Assembly: GCA_029945665.1 (NCBI GenBank)
Contig: JAQSCZ010000122.1
Span: 1,868-65,867, forward strand
Direction of reading: 5' to 3'
Source of the DNA: a bacterium
Lineage (GTDB): Bacteria > Bacteroidota > Bacteroidia > NS11-12g > UBA955
DNA: 64,000 bases
The translations under genes and the position numbers were made by a program. Each line of letters starts with the position of its first letter. Positions within the stretch are counted from its first letter, which is position 1. The notes below the pieces were generated by a model that saw nothing but the letters and a program-made list of their open reading frames with translations, was not told where the DNA came from and did no database searches. Below are positions 19,386-30,365 of the stretch, one piece after another.

Positions 19386-21782
19386 TTATTTTTTTAGTTT
19401 TTTGAAGAATTTAGCAATTTTACTCATTCTATTTTCGTTGTCATCTTCATAATAACCATACCCATAACCATTGCCATAGCCGTAATTATTTCCATATTTA
19501 CTGCCATAAGTATTCGTTCTATTGACATCATTAATAACGACTGAAAGGTTGGTATAATTCTTACTTTTATACAGATTATTGATATTATTAATTACAATTT
19601 CTTTCGAAAAACCAGAACGGACTACGTAGATTGATAAGTCGCATTTTTTAAACACGTTGTTAGCGTCTGTTACCAAGCCAATGGGAGGATTATCCGCCAT
19701 TATAATATCATAATCCTGATGTAAATTTTCTAATAAATCGTCAAATTCCTGCTTCAAAAGCAACTCATTCGGATTAGGAGGAATGGGGCCAGAAGTAATA
19801 AAGTCCAAATTTTTTAAGCTTGACTTATGAATGGTGTTTCGCCATTCGGAAATTCCAGAAAGGATTGAACTAATACCTTGATTATTTTCAACATTAAAAC
19901 CAACATGTATCTTTGGTTTACGCATATCCAAATCAAGCACTACAACCCTTTTACCTGTTAATGCTAATATTGCGGCGAAATTAATAGCAAAAAACGTTTT
20001 ACCTTCACCACTAATAGTCGATGTAACACCAAAAATTTGTTTAGATTTTTTCGGTAACATAAAATCCGAATTTGTTCTAATTGCTCTTAGAGATTCGCTA
20101 ATTGAAGACTTTGGGTTACCATCGACAACAAGCGTAGACGCTGGCATTTTCTTTTGATAGGTCGGAATAGAGCCTAAAATTGGTGCTATTAATCTATTTT
20201 CGATTTGTTTTTGAGAATAGATGACGTTCATTAATAAATATTTTATTAATATGAATAAAAGGATAGGCAAGACCCCAATAATAATAAACAAAGACCATAC
20301 TTTAGTTCTATTAGGAGAAATTGGATCATTAGAAACTGTAGCTTCGCTTAGAATAATAAACTCTGGAACCGTACCTGCCTTTGATATTTGATATTCTATT
20401 TGTTTTTCGACAAGTGAAAGGTAAAATTTCTCATATAATGAATTAAATCTTTTCAGGCGGTCAAATTCTGTTTTCTTAGAAGGCAAAGTCGAATACTTAT
20501 CCTTTAATTCAGCAATTTTTTTACTAATTAATGCTGTTTGCTCGGCTATATTTCTTTTATTTTCCTTTACAAAATTTAGAATTTGTGCTTTATTCATGGA
20601 GATCTCCAACTCGATTTTGCGATAAGGCAAAGTCACTTCTTTGTTTGAAATTTTGAGTAATTCTCTTTGTTTAAATAAATTATTCAATTCATTAATGCCG
20701 TTAGCAATATCCTTGTTTTCAATACCATATACCAATGGTACTATATTGTCCTTACTTTCATTTCTTTGAATAAATTCCAATATACCATCTGTAGATTGTG
20801 CAGTTTGACTAATTTCGAATTTATTCTTTTCTAATTCATCAATTTCCTTTGAAATTACTGAGAACTCTGCCTCTGGGGCAGATGTTCCTGATGATTTCAC
20901 AAAACTTTCGATTTCATTTTCATATTTATCAAGTTTATCGCTTGTTTCTTCAATTTGAGATTGAATATACAACAATGTTTGTTCTTGAGATTTTTGCTTT
21001 TTCTCCAAAGAGTGTTTTAGGTATACTGTATCAAATGCATTGACAATTACACGGGCTTTTTCTTTGTTAAAATCGGTAAGGGAAATTTGAATGGTTCGAG
21101 CCTCGTCATTGGAGGCAATAACACTCAGATTGCTGAGAATAGACGAAACAAGTGAATATTTACTATTCAGTCTAAAATAGTAATTCTTTTGGTCTTCAAT
21201 AGATGAAATTCCTTTGTCATGTAAAAGTGCAAATTTGAAATCACCCATAGTCACTATATCACCGATTTTATGTATTTCGCCTTCCTCATTATCATTGCCC
21301 ATTTCAGAAATTTGATAGTTTAAATTATCAATAAAAGTTACTGCAAAATTCCTATCATAAGGTGTATGAATGGGGTCAGAAATAATGTGAACTTTGAAAG
21401 GTGAACTTCTAAAAATTTCTGTTGTTTGGATATTACCAATCGCATAATAGGATATACTTAAATCAACGATGCGAAGCACATCCTGTGCCACCAAAGGCGA
21501 ACGAATCAATTCTATTTCACCCGATAGGTTATCATTTTGAACACTCGAGAGACTATTTAAGCCAACATTGGAGGCTTCTCTTTGAATTTCTAATTTAATC
21601 AAAGAAGAGGCCTTATAAACTGGCTTAGTATATTTTAAATAATAATGACTGCCAATTATTGAAATAATAATAGAGATGGGAATCCAATACCATTTTTTCT
21701 TAAGAATGAGAATAAGTTTTTGAACATCAAATTCAATATTTGCAGAACCGTTATTCTCGATATTTAAATTATCATCTTTCAT
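19386..21782 (-). CDS. wzc: Polysaccharide co-polymerase / tyrosine autokinase (Wzc)
   Basis: Wzz-type N-terminus, Walker A GEGKT, DLDMRKP, C-terminal Tyr cluster YGYGNGYGYGYY. Confidence 0.94.
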   Translation of the reverse strand: MKDDNLNIENNGSANIEFDVQKLILILKKKWYWIPISIIISIIGSHYYLKYTKPVYKASSLIKLEIQREASNVGLNSLSSVQNDNLSGEIELIRSPLVAQDVLRIVDLSISYYAIGNIQTTEIFRSSPFKVHIISDPIHTPYDRNFAVTFIDNLNYQISEMGNDNEEGEIHKIGDIVTMGDFKFALLHDKGISSIEDQKNYYFRLNSKYSLVSSILSNLSVIASNDEARTIQISLTDFNKEKARVIVNAFDTVYLKHSLEKKQKSQEQTLLYIQSQIEETSDKLDKYENEIESFVKSSGTSAPEAEFSVISKEIDELEKNKFEISQTAQSTDGILEFIQRNESKDNIVPLVYGIENKDIANGINELNNLFKQRELLKISNKEVTLPYRKIELEISMNKAQILNFVKENKRNIAEQTALISKKIAELKDKYSTLPSKKTEFDRLKRFNSLYEKFYLSLVEKQIEYQISKAGTVPEFIILSEATVSNDPISPNRTKVWSLFIIIGVLPILLFILIKYLLMNVIYSQKQIENRLIAPILGSIPTYQKKMPASTLVVDGNPKSSISESLRAIRTNSDFMLPKKSKQIFGVTSTISGEGKTFFAINFAAILALTGKRVVVLDLDMRKPKIHVGFNVENNQGISSILSGISEWRNTIHKSSLKNLDFITSGPIPPNPNELLLKQEFDDLLENLHQDYDIIMADNPPIGLVTDANNVFKKCDLSIYVVRSGFSKEIVINNINNLYKSKNYTNLSVVINDVNRTNTYGSKYGNNYGYGNGYGYGYYEDDNENRMSKIAKFFKKLKK

Positions 21783-22612
21783 TATTTAGACACTAGAGTA
21801 TTTACTAAAATTGAGAAGGTAACGAGTACTTGCACGATATTAATGATAAATACATTATCCCGAATACTTTCAGCAACAGGTCTTCTAACTGGTTCAATAT
21901 ATATAATATCGTCTGGTTTCAAGCTTATAATAGAATTTTTCATATCAGCAATTGTCCTCAAATTCACAATTTTAATTTCAGGATCTTTTAAATCCCCACG
22001 AATTATTCTGATATTGTAACCTTTTGAATTGTTATCAATTCCACCATACAAAGCAATTGCCTCTAAAAGGTTCATAGTTGGACTTGCAAAAGGGATAACT
22101 TGGCCGCCCTTACCGCCCAGAAAAATAATTTTTTTGTTTGCAACTTTAGAAATAACATAAACTTCGTTGTAATAGCTTTCATACTTAGCAGAGAGTAAAC
22201 TATCTAATTGAGATATTTTTAGGCCGAACACTTTTTGCTTACCAATTACGGGAAAATGACACATTCCATCAACAGATACTTCAAAAGATGGCTTATCAAT
22301 TGATACTGTATTTGCGTCACCAAAAGTAGAAGTAGCAATAAGTTTACCAGATGGATCAATGATTGATTCTCCAGAATTCGTATACAAGGTAAACTGAATT
22401 TTATCACCAACTTTTATAGGATAATCAATGATGGTTTTTTGATATTCTGATTTCCAATTTACTTCTTCATTTTCAGCTTTCAACAATACATTGGAAGTAT
22501 AAGATTTACAACCTGAAAAAAGAAAAATTGCTGCAATTAAAAAACCAACTGAATGCAATAATTTTACAATTGAATTGTCGGGCAAAGCTTTCGCTATTTT
22601 TTGAGGCTTCAT
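21782..22612 (-). CDS. wza: Polysaccharide export lipoprotein (Wza/OPX family)
   Basis: Lipobox FSGC, Poly_export motif [14 protein letters not shown]-type [10 protein letters not shown]. Confidence 0.85.
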   Translation of the reverse strand: MKPQKIAKALPDNSIVKLLHSVGFLIAAIFLFSGCKSYTSNVLLKAENEEVNWKSEYQKTIIDYPIKVGDKIQFTLYTNSGESIIDPSGKLIATSTFGDANTVSIDKPSFEVSVDGMCHFPVIGKQKVFGLKISQLDSLLSAKYESYYNEVYVISKVANKKIIFLGGKGGQVIPFASPTMNLLEAIALYGGIDNNSKGYNIRIIRGDLKDPEIKIVNLRTIADMKNSIISLKPDDIIYIEPVRRPVAESIRDNVFIINIVQVLVTFSILVNTLVSK

Positions 22613-23472
22613 TTTTTTAATAGTTTAATTAAATATTCTCCATATCCGCTTTTTATAAGCGGCAAGGCAATTTTCTCTAATTGGGCACCATCAATATAAC
22701 CCATTCGCCATGCAACTTCTTCAATGCTTCCAATTTTCCAACCTTGGCGTTCTTCTATCACTTGAACAAACTGGCCGGCTTGCATAAGACTATTAAAAGT
22801 ACCAGTATCCAACCAGGCAGTTCCACGCTGCAATATTCCAACTTTTAATTTTCCTAGTCTCAAATATTCTTTGTTAACATCCGTAATCTCATACTCACCA
22901 CGTGGCGATGGCTTTAAATTTTTGGCTATTTCTACCACATCATTATCATAAAAATACAAACCAGGTACAGCATAATTAGATTTTGGTTCAAGGGGTTTTT
23001 CTTCAATGCTTATGGCCACATTATTTTCATCAAACTCAACAACGCCATATCTTTCTGGATCGCTCACATGATAGGCATAAATTACACCACCAGTTGGGTT
23101 GTTGTTAGATTGCAGGAGTGATTGAAGTGACGAACCAAAGAAAATATTATCTCCTAAAATAAGGGCCACTTTTTCTTTGCCAATAAACTTCTCTCCAATT
23201 ACAAATGCTTGCGCTAAACCATTGGGTATGGCTTGTTCTGCATAGGTAAATTCGCAACCTAATTGTTTACCATCCCCTAATAATTTTTGAAAATGCGGTA
23301 AATCATGCGGTGTTGATATAATTAATATTTCTTTAATACCTGCCATCATTAGTGTAGATAACGGATAGTAAATCATTGGTTTATCATAAACAGGCATCAT
23401 TTGTTTACTAATGGCAAGTGTTAATGGATGTAATCTGGTTCCACTGCCGCCCGCTAATATTATTCCTTTCAT
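22609..23472 (-). CDS. rfbA: Glucose-1-phosphate thymidylyltransferase
   Basis: [22 protein letters not shown] and AWLDTGT motifs. Confidence 0.97.
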   Translation of the reverse strand: MKGIILAGGSGTRLHPLTLAISKQMMPVYDKPMIYYPLSTLMMAGIKEILIISTPHDLPHFQKLLGDGKQLGCEFTYAEQAIPNGLAQAFVIGEKFIGKEKVALILGDNIFFGSSLQSLLQSNNNPTGGVIYAYHVSDPERYGVVEFDENNVAISIEEKPLEPKSNYAVPGLYFYDNDVVEIAKNLKPSPRGEYEITDVNKEYLRLGKLKVGILQRGTAWLDTGTFNSLMQAGQFVQVIEERQGWKIGSIEEVAWRMGYIDGAQLEKIALPLIKSGYGEYLIKLLKK

Positions 23473-23492
23473 GTGTATTATATCTTTAATTT

Positions 23493-24548
23493 TTATCTAC
23501 TTGCATACATGGCTTGATAGTATTGCTGGTAGTTGCCAGTGGTAACATTCGTAAGCCAATCTTGATTGGATAGATACCAATCTACTGTTTTTTCTAACCC
23601 TTGCTCAAATGTAACGGAGGGCTCCCATCCCAATTCATTCATTAGTTTACTTGCATCGATGGCATATCTAAAATCATGACCCGCTCTGTCAGTCACATAG
23701 CTAATTAATTTTTCAGATTCGCCTAGTTCTCTTCCTAATTTATGATCCATCAGTTGACATAGAAATTTCACCAATTGGATATTTTGCCATTCGTTATTCC
23801 CACCAATATTGTATGTTTCACCATTTCTTCCTTTGTGAAAAATATCGTCAATAGCACGCGCATGATCCTCAACAAATAACCAATCTCTCACATTTTCACC
23901 TTTGCCATAAACAGGAAGTGGTTTATTGTGCATGATATTGTTTATCATTAATGGGATTAATTTTTCAGGAAAATGATGAGACCCATAATTATTGCTACAG
24001 TTAGATATTTTCACCTGCATTCCATAGGTATGGTGATAGGCTCTCACAAAGTGATCGCTTGAAGCTTTTGAGGCTGAATAAGGTGAATTAGGGCTATATG
24101 CTGTGGTTTCCAAAAATTTACCCTCATCTCCTAGTTGACCATATACCTCATCGGTGCTTACATGGTAAAATATTTTATCCGCAAATTGATTGTGCCATAT
24201 ACTTTTAGCCGCATTCAATAAATTTACTGTTCCAACAACATTAGTTAATACAAACTCAAGCGGATTTGAAATAGAACGGTCAACATGCGATTCTGCTGCT
24301 AAATGAATAACGGCATCAAATTGAAGATTATGAAACAACTGATTGATAAAATCTCCATCTGTAATATCCCCTTTAACAAAATGATAATTTGATTTATTTT
24401 CTACATCTTTAAGATTCTCGAGATTACCCGCGTAGGTTAATTTATCTAAATTATATATTTCATATTCAGAATAATTATTTACGAACCTGCGAACCACATG
24501 CGAGCCAATAAAACCGGCTCCTCCAGTTATTAATATTTTTTTTGTCAT
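23493..24548 (-). CDS. rfbB: dTDP-glucose 4,6-dehydratase
   Basis: [25 protein letters not shown] and YSASK motifs. Confidence 0.97.
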   Translation of the reverse strand: MTKKILITGGAGFIGSHVVRRFVNNYSEYEIYNLDKLTYAGNLENLKDVENKSNYHFVKGDITDGDFINQLFHNLQFDAVIHLAAESHVDRSISNPLEFVLTNVVGTVNLLNAAKSIWHNQFADKIFYHVSTDEVYGQLGDEGKFLETTAYSPNSPYSASKASSDHFVRAYHHTYGMQVKISNCSNNYGSHHFPEKLIPLMINNIMHNKPLPVYGKGENVRDWLFVEDHARAIDDIFHKGRNGETYNIGGNNEWQNIQLVKFLCQLMDHKLGRELGESEKLISYVTDRAGHDFRYAIDASKLMNELGWEPSVTFEQGLEKTVDWYLSNQDWLTNVTTGNYQQYYQAMYASR

Positions 24549-24569
24549 AGCAAATACTTTAAATGTTAT

Positions 24570-25364
24570 TTATAATAAATCCTCAAGATACATATCAAAT
24601 ATTAAAGTAGCATTTGGTGGTATTACTCCGGGATATCCCTTTTCGCCATAAGCTAGGTATGCTGGTATAATTACTCTAACCTTCATTCCTTTATTCATCA
24701 AAGGCAATATCTCTATCCAACCACCAATAACGCCTGCGCCAACTACTGGCAATTTAAAAGGTTCAAAAGTTCCGAAATTACCATCGAATTTTACCCCATT
24801 TTCCAAATATCCTGCATAATAAATCATGGCGGTTTGACCTTCTTTTGCTTTGTTGTTTTTATCGCCTGGGCTGATTACAATATATTTGAGCCCAGATTTT
24901 AATTTCACGGTATCTTTCCCTTTTCCACTGTATGCTGTATATGCAACAGGCTTTTTAACATTCACCAACTCAACTTCGAATATCAAAGTTGAATTCGGTG
25001 GTATATCGCCTAAATCTTGACTGCCATAGCCTAAGCCCGAGGGGATAATTAAGGTTGCTGTCTCACCTGTTTTCAAATAAGAAAAACCTTCATCCCAGCC
25101 AGGAATTACTTGCTGAGCACCAAGTGTAAAAGAAAAAGTTTGATTGCGGTCTTTTGAACTATCAAATTTTTTGCCGTTGGTTAATGTACCGGTATAATGC
25201 GCTTCAATTTGATCTCCAGCAGCAGGCACAATGCCTTTTGGATTCTTTTTAGTTATTACATACCGTAAGCCAGTTTTGGTTGTAACAGTGTCATTTTTTA
25301 CACCCTCGGCATTTATTAAACCGAAAGCCATCATTAACAATAAAAGGTTGATCGTTTTTTTCAT
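24570..25364 (-). CDS. Tandem FKBP-type peptidyl-prolyl isomerase
   Basis: Two FKBP domains (FDSS...VIPGWDEG...IPPNSTLIF); signal peptide. Confidence 0.93.
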   Translation of the reverse strand: MKKTINLLLLMMAFGLINAEGVKNDTVTTKTGLRYVITKKNPKGIVPAAGDQIEAHYTGTLTNGKKFDSSKDRNQTFSFTLGAQQVIPGWDEGFSYLKTGETATLIIPSGLGYGSQDLGDIPPNSTLIFEVELVNVKKPVAYTAYSGKGKDTVKLKSGLKYIVISPGDKNNKAKEGQTAMIYYAGYLENGVKFDGNFGTFEPFKLPVVGAGVIGGWIEILPLMNKGMKVRVIIPAYLAYGEKGYPGVIPPNATLIFDMYLEDLL

Positions 25365-26234
25365 TTATTCTACTTTTAAAATATTTATTTCATAAACAAG
25401 GGTTGAAAATGGGGGAATCATTAAATCTACACCTTTGGCTCCAAAACCTAAGTCGTAGGGCAAAATAAAGGTGGCTTTTTCACCCGCTTTCATTTTAAGT
25501 AACATATCAAACATTCCAACAGGTTGGAACTGTTCGCGCGTTACTCTGATAATTTGTGGTTGTCCCATGGTATAGGTGTTATAGAACTCTGTATCATCAA
25601 ACAATTTGCCAATAAAATGAAATTTAACAATGCTATTTTCATGAATAAATTTAGCAGTATCTGCATTGGCTTTTGCATGAAATTGAGAGCGAATACCCGT
25701 TGAGGAATCAAGTTCCATTGTTAATCCTTTACGCTTGGTATAGGCAATAATGTTTTCTACCTCAGCATTCCAACGGACAATTTTTTCGGTATTGATTACA
25801 CTATCTACTTGGTATTTATTCATTTTTCTATCCATTTTAATGATAAATTTCAAATCACTGCCAGGTTTAATATAATTGGGAAGCGACATTTCCATTCGCG
25901 TTTTATAGAAAAAGGAATCAGCATTTATTAAAAATTGTGCACTATCACCTTCGGCCAGTATACCTAGCGCTTCCATGATATCACCTCCCTTATGGGTTGG
26001 CATTACCAGTAGTATTCTATCTGGGGTTCTATTAAAGTTACTATAAACCACAGAGTCTTCCGAATTTGTTATGCTATAATAACATTGCAAATAATCGCCA
26101 ATGGAAGGCAGGGTTGTTTTTTCTCCTCGCTTTAGGAATTTAAAACGCAATCCACTTTCTGTTTTTGAATACTTGCCACAAGCACTCAAACCGATAAAAA
26201 CGGCAATAAGTATGCTGAATTGATATTTATGCAT
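25365..26234 (-). CDS. FKBP-type PPIase lipoprotein (GldI-like)
   Basis: Lipobox LSAC, FKBP motif IPPFSTLVYEI, and DHH-FKBP-FKBP synteny typical of Bacteroidota. Confidence 0.8.
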   Translation of the reverse strand: MHKYQFSILIAVFIGLSACGKYSKTESGLRFKFLKRGEKTTLPSIGDYLQCYYSITNSEDSVVYSNFNRTPDRILLVMPTHKGGDIMEALGILAEGDSAQFLINADSFFYKTRMEMSLPNYIKPGSDLKFIIKMDRKMNKYQVDSVINTEKIVRWNAEVENIIAYTKRKGLTMELDSSTGIRSQFHAKANADTAKFIHENSIVKFHFIGKLFDDTEFYNTYTMGQPQIIRVTREQFQPVGMFDMLLKMKAGEKATFILPYDLGFGAKGVDLMIPPFSTLVYEINILKVE

Positions 26235-27246
26235 TGAGTTCTTTTAGATATAATTTTAAACTATCTTTCACTTGTTGTATTGTTTCTTCCAATGAAGCGG
26301 TGCTGCTTCCACCTGCAGCATTAAAATGCCCGCCACCGTTAAAATGATTCCTAGCAAATGCATTGGCCGCAAAATCACCTTTACTTCTGAAACTCATCTT
26401 AACCAATTTTGTTCTATCGATAATCAAGATGGCAAATTTAATACCTTCTATGCCTAATCCATAATTTACCAATCCTTCTGTATCACCTGTTTGAATTTTA
26501 AATTGTTTTAATTCTTCTCTGTTAATACTAATGATGGCCGTTTTATATTCTCTTAAAATTTCTAATTTTTTATTTAGTGCATAGCCAATAAACCGCACGC
26601 GGTCTTCAGTAAAACTATCAAAAACCAGATCGTGTATTGCTACATGATCGATACCATAATCCATTAAATCAGCTGCTATTCTGTGTGTATTACTGCTGCA
26701 GTTACTATGTCTAAAAGACCCGGTATCTGTCATAATTCCAGTATAAAGACACGCCGCACAATCTTTATCAAGGTATTGATGATTATTACTTTCCACAATA
26801 AAACGGTAAACAAGTTCACAAGTACTGCTGGCTTTATCATCCCAATAGGTGAGTTGTTCGAAACCTTGAGGAAACTGATGGTGATCCATCAATATTTTTA
26901 TTGCATTGCTTTTACCTACTGCTTCTCCAAATTCGTTAATTCTTGACAGATCATTAAAATCAAGACAAAAAATAAAATCTGCATTCATAGCAAGCTCGGT
27001 AGCAACTTCCTCATTTTCCTCGAAAATTACAACCTCTTGGCTGCCTTTCATCCAATGTAAAAAAGACGCAAAATCTGTTGGTGTTACAACGGTTGAGTGG
27101 ATTCCATGATTTTTTAAAAAAATTTGTAAGCCAAGACTTGATCCCATTGCATCTGCATCGGGTTTATGATGCGTAGTGATAACAACCTTTGGGGAGTTAA
27201 TGGATTGAATTGCACGGAGAATATCTGAAGCTTGGTGATTTGACAT
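26227..27246 (-). CDS. nrnA: Bifunctional oligoribonuclease/PAP phosphatase (DHH family)
   Basis: HHKPDADAMGS, DHH, TDTG, SFRS and GGGHFNAAG motifs. Confidence 0.93.
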   Translation of the reverse strand: MSNHQASDILRAIQSINSPKVVITTHHKPDADAMGSSLGLQIFLKNHGIHSTVVTPTDFASFLHWMKGSQEVVIFEENEEVATELAMNADFIFCLDFNDLSRINEFGEAVGKSNAIKILMDHHQFPQGFEQLTYWDDKASSTCELVYRFIVESNNHQYLDKDCAACLYTGIMTDTGSFRHSNCSSNTHRIAADLMDYGIDHVAIHDLVFDSFTEDRVRFIGYALNKKLEILREYKTAIISINREELKQFKIQTGDTEGLVNYGLGIEGIKFAILIIDRTKLVKMSFRSKGDFAANAFARNHFNGGGHFNAAGGSSTASLEETIQQVKDSLKLYLKELNA

Positions 27247-27605
27247 TAATTTGAACTTGCAAATATGCTTAAATATACGTTATCTGTGGTATTTTTTTTC
27301 GCCCAAAAGGTCAGTTTTTACTGACCAATGGCTTATTTATAAGACATTCGTTTGGTCGAATATTTTATTTCGACCCTGTAAAAGCAAATTTAGCACCGAG
27401 GCCAAAGACTATTTTCAGTTTAATTATTCAAAATATTTGTTAAAACGGCGTATTAATGTTGAATTAACTTAATATTTCGCCCATACATATACTGCATAAA
27501 AAGCGTTTATATATCTGAATATGTGCGATTTACAAATTTATCCCCTTTTCAACTTGTTGATTTCTACACTTTTTTATATATTTCACTTTTAAAAACTACT
27601 AAACT

Positions 27606-28520
27606 TTGATTAAAAAATCATCTGTTTTTTTCCTTTTTTGTTTATTATTTATCTATTCCTGCTCGAAAAAAGAGGAAAAGATAATACCCAACAATGTGCC
27701 CTTAAATTATGAAGATGTTCCGACTGTAAAGGTAGAAAATTATATCAATAGAATATACATCGACCTATTAGGTCGTGAACCCTTAAACATAGAAAAAATA
27801 AGAGATGTAGCATTATTGCGCGATGGTAAATTAGGGTTTGATATCAGAAAACAATTGATCACAAGATTGATGACGGATTCGATATATGTACCTGGAGATT
27901 CTTCGTATAAAAGAGCCTATTACCAAAGATTATATGACTTATCAAAGGCTCGACTTTTAGAAGGTGCTGAAGACAACGAATTTGAAAGTCAAATTGGCAT
28001 TGCTCAATTTGGACTAATTTCTTCGCGTTTATTAGGGGATTCCATTGGTGTTTTCTCAGCCATGGTAACGATTGATAGATGCAAAAATGTTTTACGGGCT
28101 AGGAGAGCCTATCAATTAGGGCTTATTGACATTAATCAAATGTATGCATATATGCTAAACAATCCAATCTATGACGTTACCAATATGAATTCTCTCAATT
28201 TTGTAAATGCATCATTTGATGATTTGTTCTTTAGATTTCCAATACGTGATGAATTTAGTATTGCATTTGATATCATCGAAACAGGAAAAGGAGGCAGTTT
28301 GTTTGGAGGGTTTGCCTCGAACAAATCGGAATATTGCCAATTGCTCGTAGATTCAAGAGAGTTTCATGAAGGTATGATTAAGTGGTGCTATTTAGCGCTG
28401 ATTGGCAGAGAGCCAACAACTCAGGAAACCTATAATTTAATGGTTGATTATTACCCAACAAAGAATCTTCAAAAAGTACAAACCCTAATATTAATGACAG
28501 ATGAGTATGCGCATTTTTAA
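27606..28520 (+). CDS. Hypothetical lipoprotein with DUF1549/DUF1553-like helical repeats
   Basis: TTG start, lipobox IYSC; RIYIDLLGREP...IRKQLITRLM and LALIGREPTTQE...ILMTDEY segments. Confidence 0.65.
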   Translation: MIKKSSVFFLFCLLFIYSCSKKEEKIIPNNVPLNYEDVPTVKVENYINRIYIDLLGREPLNIEKIRDVALLRDGKLGFDIRKQLITRLMTDSIYVPGDSSYKRAYYQRLYDLSKARLLEGAEDNEFESQIGIAQFGLISSRLLGDSIGVFSAMVTIDRCKNVLRARRAYQLGLIDINQMYAYMLNNPIYDVTNMNSLNFVNASFDDLFFRFPIRDEFSIAFDIIETGKGGSLFGGFASNKSEYCQLLVDSREFHEGMIKWCYLALIGREPTTQETYNLMVDYYPTKNLQKVQTLILMTDEYAHF

Positions 28521-29004
28521 AACACTTTTATCAGTTTTGTTTTTAATGCTCTTTTTGCAATGCACTAAGAATAAAAACACAAACTACGAAATTGTAGAAA
28601 CAGCCTCTTATGGGGATAATTTAAATAAAGACAAAGACAAAACAAATATTGAATTTCACAGTATTTTAAGCACAAATTTATTTCAAAAACCTTCATCAAT
28701 CAATGAGTTAACAAGAACTGATCGCGTGATTCAAAGTTGTGGTGATAAAACCTTAATCAACGAAGTCATTATTAGTAATTACATGAATTCAAATCAAGTA
28801 ATTTTACCAAGCAGACGAAGAATGATTGATAGCACTGAACGTTTTGTAGAAGAAACCTATATTAGATTTTTTATTAGACGACCAACCCAAGCAGAAAAAA
28901 CTTGGTTTATTAACTTTATTAACGCCAATGCATCTAATCCAAGTTTTCGCCCTGAATTGGTGTACACGGCATTTTCCGCCTCTGATGAATATATGTTTTA
29001 TTAA
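28501..29004 (+). CDS. Hypothetical lipoprotein with DUF1553-like C-terminal helix bundle
   Basis: Lipobox-like FLQC (ATG 28507 is a possible start); YIRFFIRRPTQAE...FSASDEYMFY. Confidence 0.65.
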   Translation: MSMRIFKTLLSVLFLMLFLQCTKNKNTNYEIVETASYGDNLNKDKDKTNIEFHSILSTNLFQKPSSINELTRTDRVIQSCGDKTLINEVIISNYMNSNQVILPSRRRMIDSTERFVEETYIRFFIRRPTQAEKTWFINFINANASNPSFRPELVYTAFSASDEYMFY

Positions 29005-29025
29005 TTTTCCCAAAAGCAACATAAA

Positions 29026-30363
29026 ATGAAAAGAAGAGAATTTGTAAAGAAAACAGCCGCTTTAACAGCCGGAAGCCTAGTAATACCCTATATATTGCCT
29101 TCAGGAAGTTTATTTGCCCAAACCAACGCCCCATTGGCCGAACATGTTGTTTACGTTTTATTCGGCGGAGGATTAAGACAACAAGATTCCATCCTTCAGC
29201 GTTACTTAGCTGATAGTCAAAATTTTAATGTAGGCGGTAATATACTCTACAACATGCTAGAAGGAGCTCCACCAACGAGCAAAATCGCCTACGGCACAAC
29301 ACCTGCTGGGCAGCCGGACGGCATTCAACCGATACCTAAAATTTTATCCCAAACTCTTCAAAAACAAGGGACCATTTTTGCCGAAATGAGAGCTATTTCT
29401 GGTGGTCATTATGGAGGGCTAAATTCACTTATAACGGGTTCAAGAGTTGAAGGACAAGGCTTAAAAGTTCGACCAATAAATCCAACTGTTTTTGAATATG
29501 CCAGAAGATTTGGTGGTTTTAAAGCCACGGATACTTGGTTTATTGGAAACACCATCGGTAACTCTGTGCCTCTTCTGAATTCAAGTAAACATCCTGATTT
29601 TGGCTTAACCTATGGTGGCAATTTTTTTGCTCCCAATATAACTTTCGGAAGCGACGGTTACGCAGCACTCTCGAATGCAAAAATTTATCATCCACAAGAA
29701 GAACTTGAACCAATGTACAAAATGAAGAACTTTTTAGATAATTCATTTAACATAAAAAAAGGCGACATGCCAGGTATCCGCAATACTGATGCTGAACGAA
29801 CTCAAATAAAAGAATTCATAGCGAATACTTTCAAAAATCAAGCTTCAGGGCAGTTGCCAATGCCCCCAGTTAGTGGAGGCGATGGCACGACAATAGGTTA
29901 TGCAGCAGAAGTTCTTAAAGTTTTCAAACCTAAACTTCTGGTCGTTAATATGAGTAATATTGATGGTTGTCATGGCAATTTTACTGGCTATTTACAAGCC
30001 ATGCACAGAGCAGATCATGCCCTTGGTTTTCTTTGGAATTATATTCAATCAATTCCTGAAATGAAAGATAAAACAATTATGTGTTTTGTTCCAGAATGTG
30101 GTAGAAATTTAAAACACAATCCCATAATCGACCAAAATGATTGGTATGGTTACGACCATGGAGACGCCAACTCTTTGCGTGTATTTGGTGGCATGGTAGG
30201 ACCAAATGTTCAGAGTAACCTTATGGTTGGATCTGAATCTAATCCCATTGGTGTAGTTACTGATTTTAATTTAACCATTGCAGAAATTTTAGGTTATAAA
30301 AGCGATGTCATGGATGCGGGATTAATTGATGGCAATGCAAAAAGTTTATTTGATAGAATCTAA
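29026..30363 (+). CDS. Tat-exported DUF1501-like (alkaline-phosphatase superfamily) protein
   Basis: MKRREFVK twin-arginine signal; VVYVLFGGG, DGCH, ECGRN and DHG motifs parallel the DUF1501 GG, DxH, EFGR and DH motifs. Confidence 0.75.
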   Translation: MKRREFVKKTAALTAGSLVIPYILPSGSLFAQTNAPLAEHVVYVLFGGGLRQQDSILQRYLADSQNFNVGGNILYNMLEGAPPTSKIAYGTTPAGQPDGIQPIPKILSQTLQKQGTIFAEMRAISGGHYGGLNSLITGSRVEGQGLKVRPINPTVFEYARRFGGFKATDTWFIGNTIGNSVPLLNSSKHPDFGLTYGGNFFAPNITFGSDGYAALSNAKIYHPQEELEPMYKMKNFLDNSFNIKKGDMPGIRNTDAERTQIKEFIANTFKNQASGQLPMPPVSGGDGTTIGYAAEVLKVFKPKLLVVNMSNIDGCHGNFTGYLQAMHRADHALGFLWNYIQSIPEMKDKTIMCFVPECGRNLKHNPIIDQNDWYGYDHGDANSLRVFGGMVGPNVQSNLMVGSESNPIGVVTDFNLTIAEILGYKSDVMDAGLIDGNAKSLFDRI

Positions 30364-30365
30364 AT

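Noticed and set aside
19450..19512. Short tandem-like repeats at the wzc 3' end
   Set aside because: Explained by the normal Tyr-Gly autophosphorylation cluster
27251..27472. 73-aa ORF in the divergent intergenic region
   Set aside because: TTG start, no recognisable features, overlaps likely promoter elements
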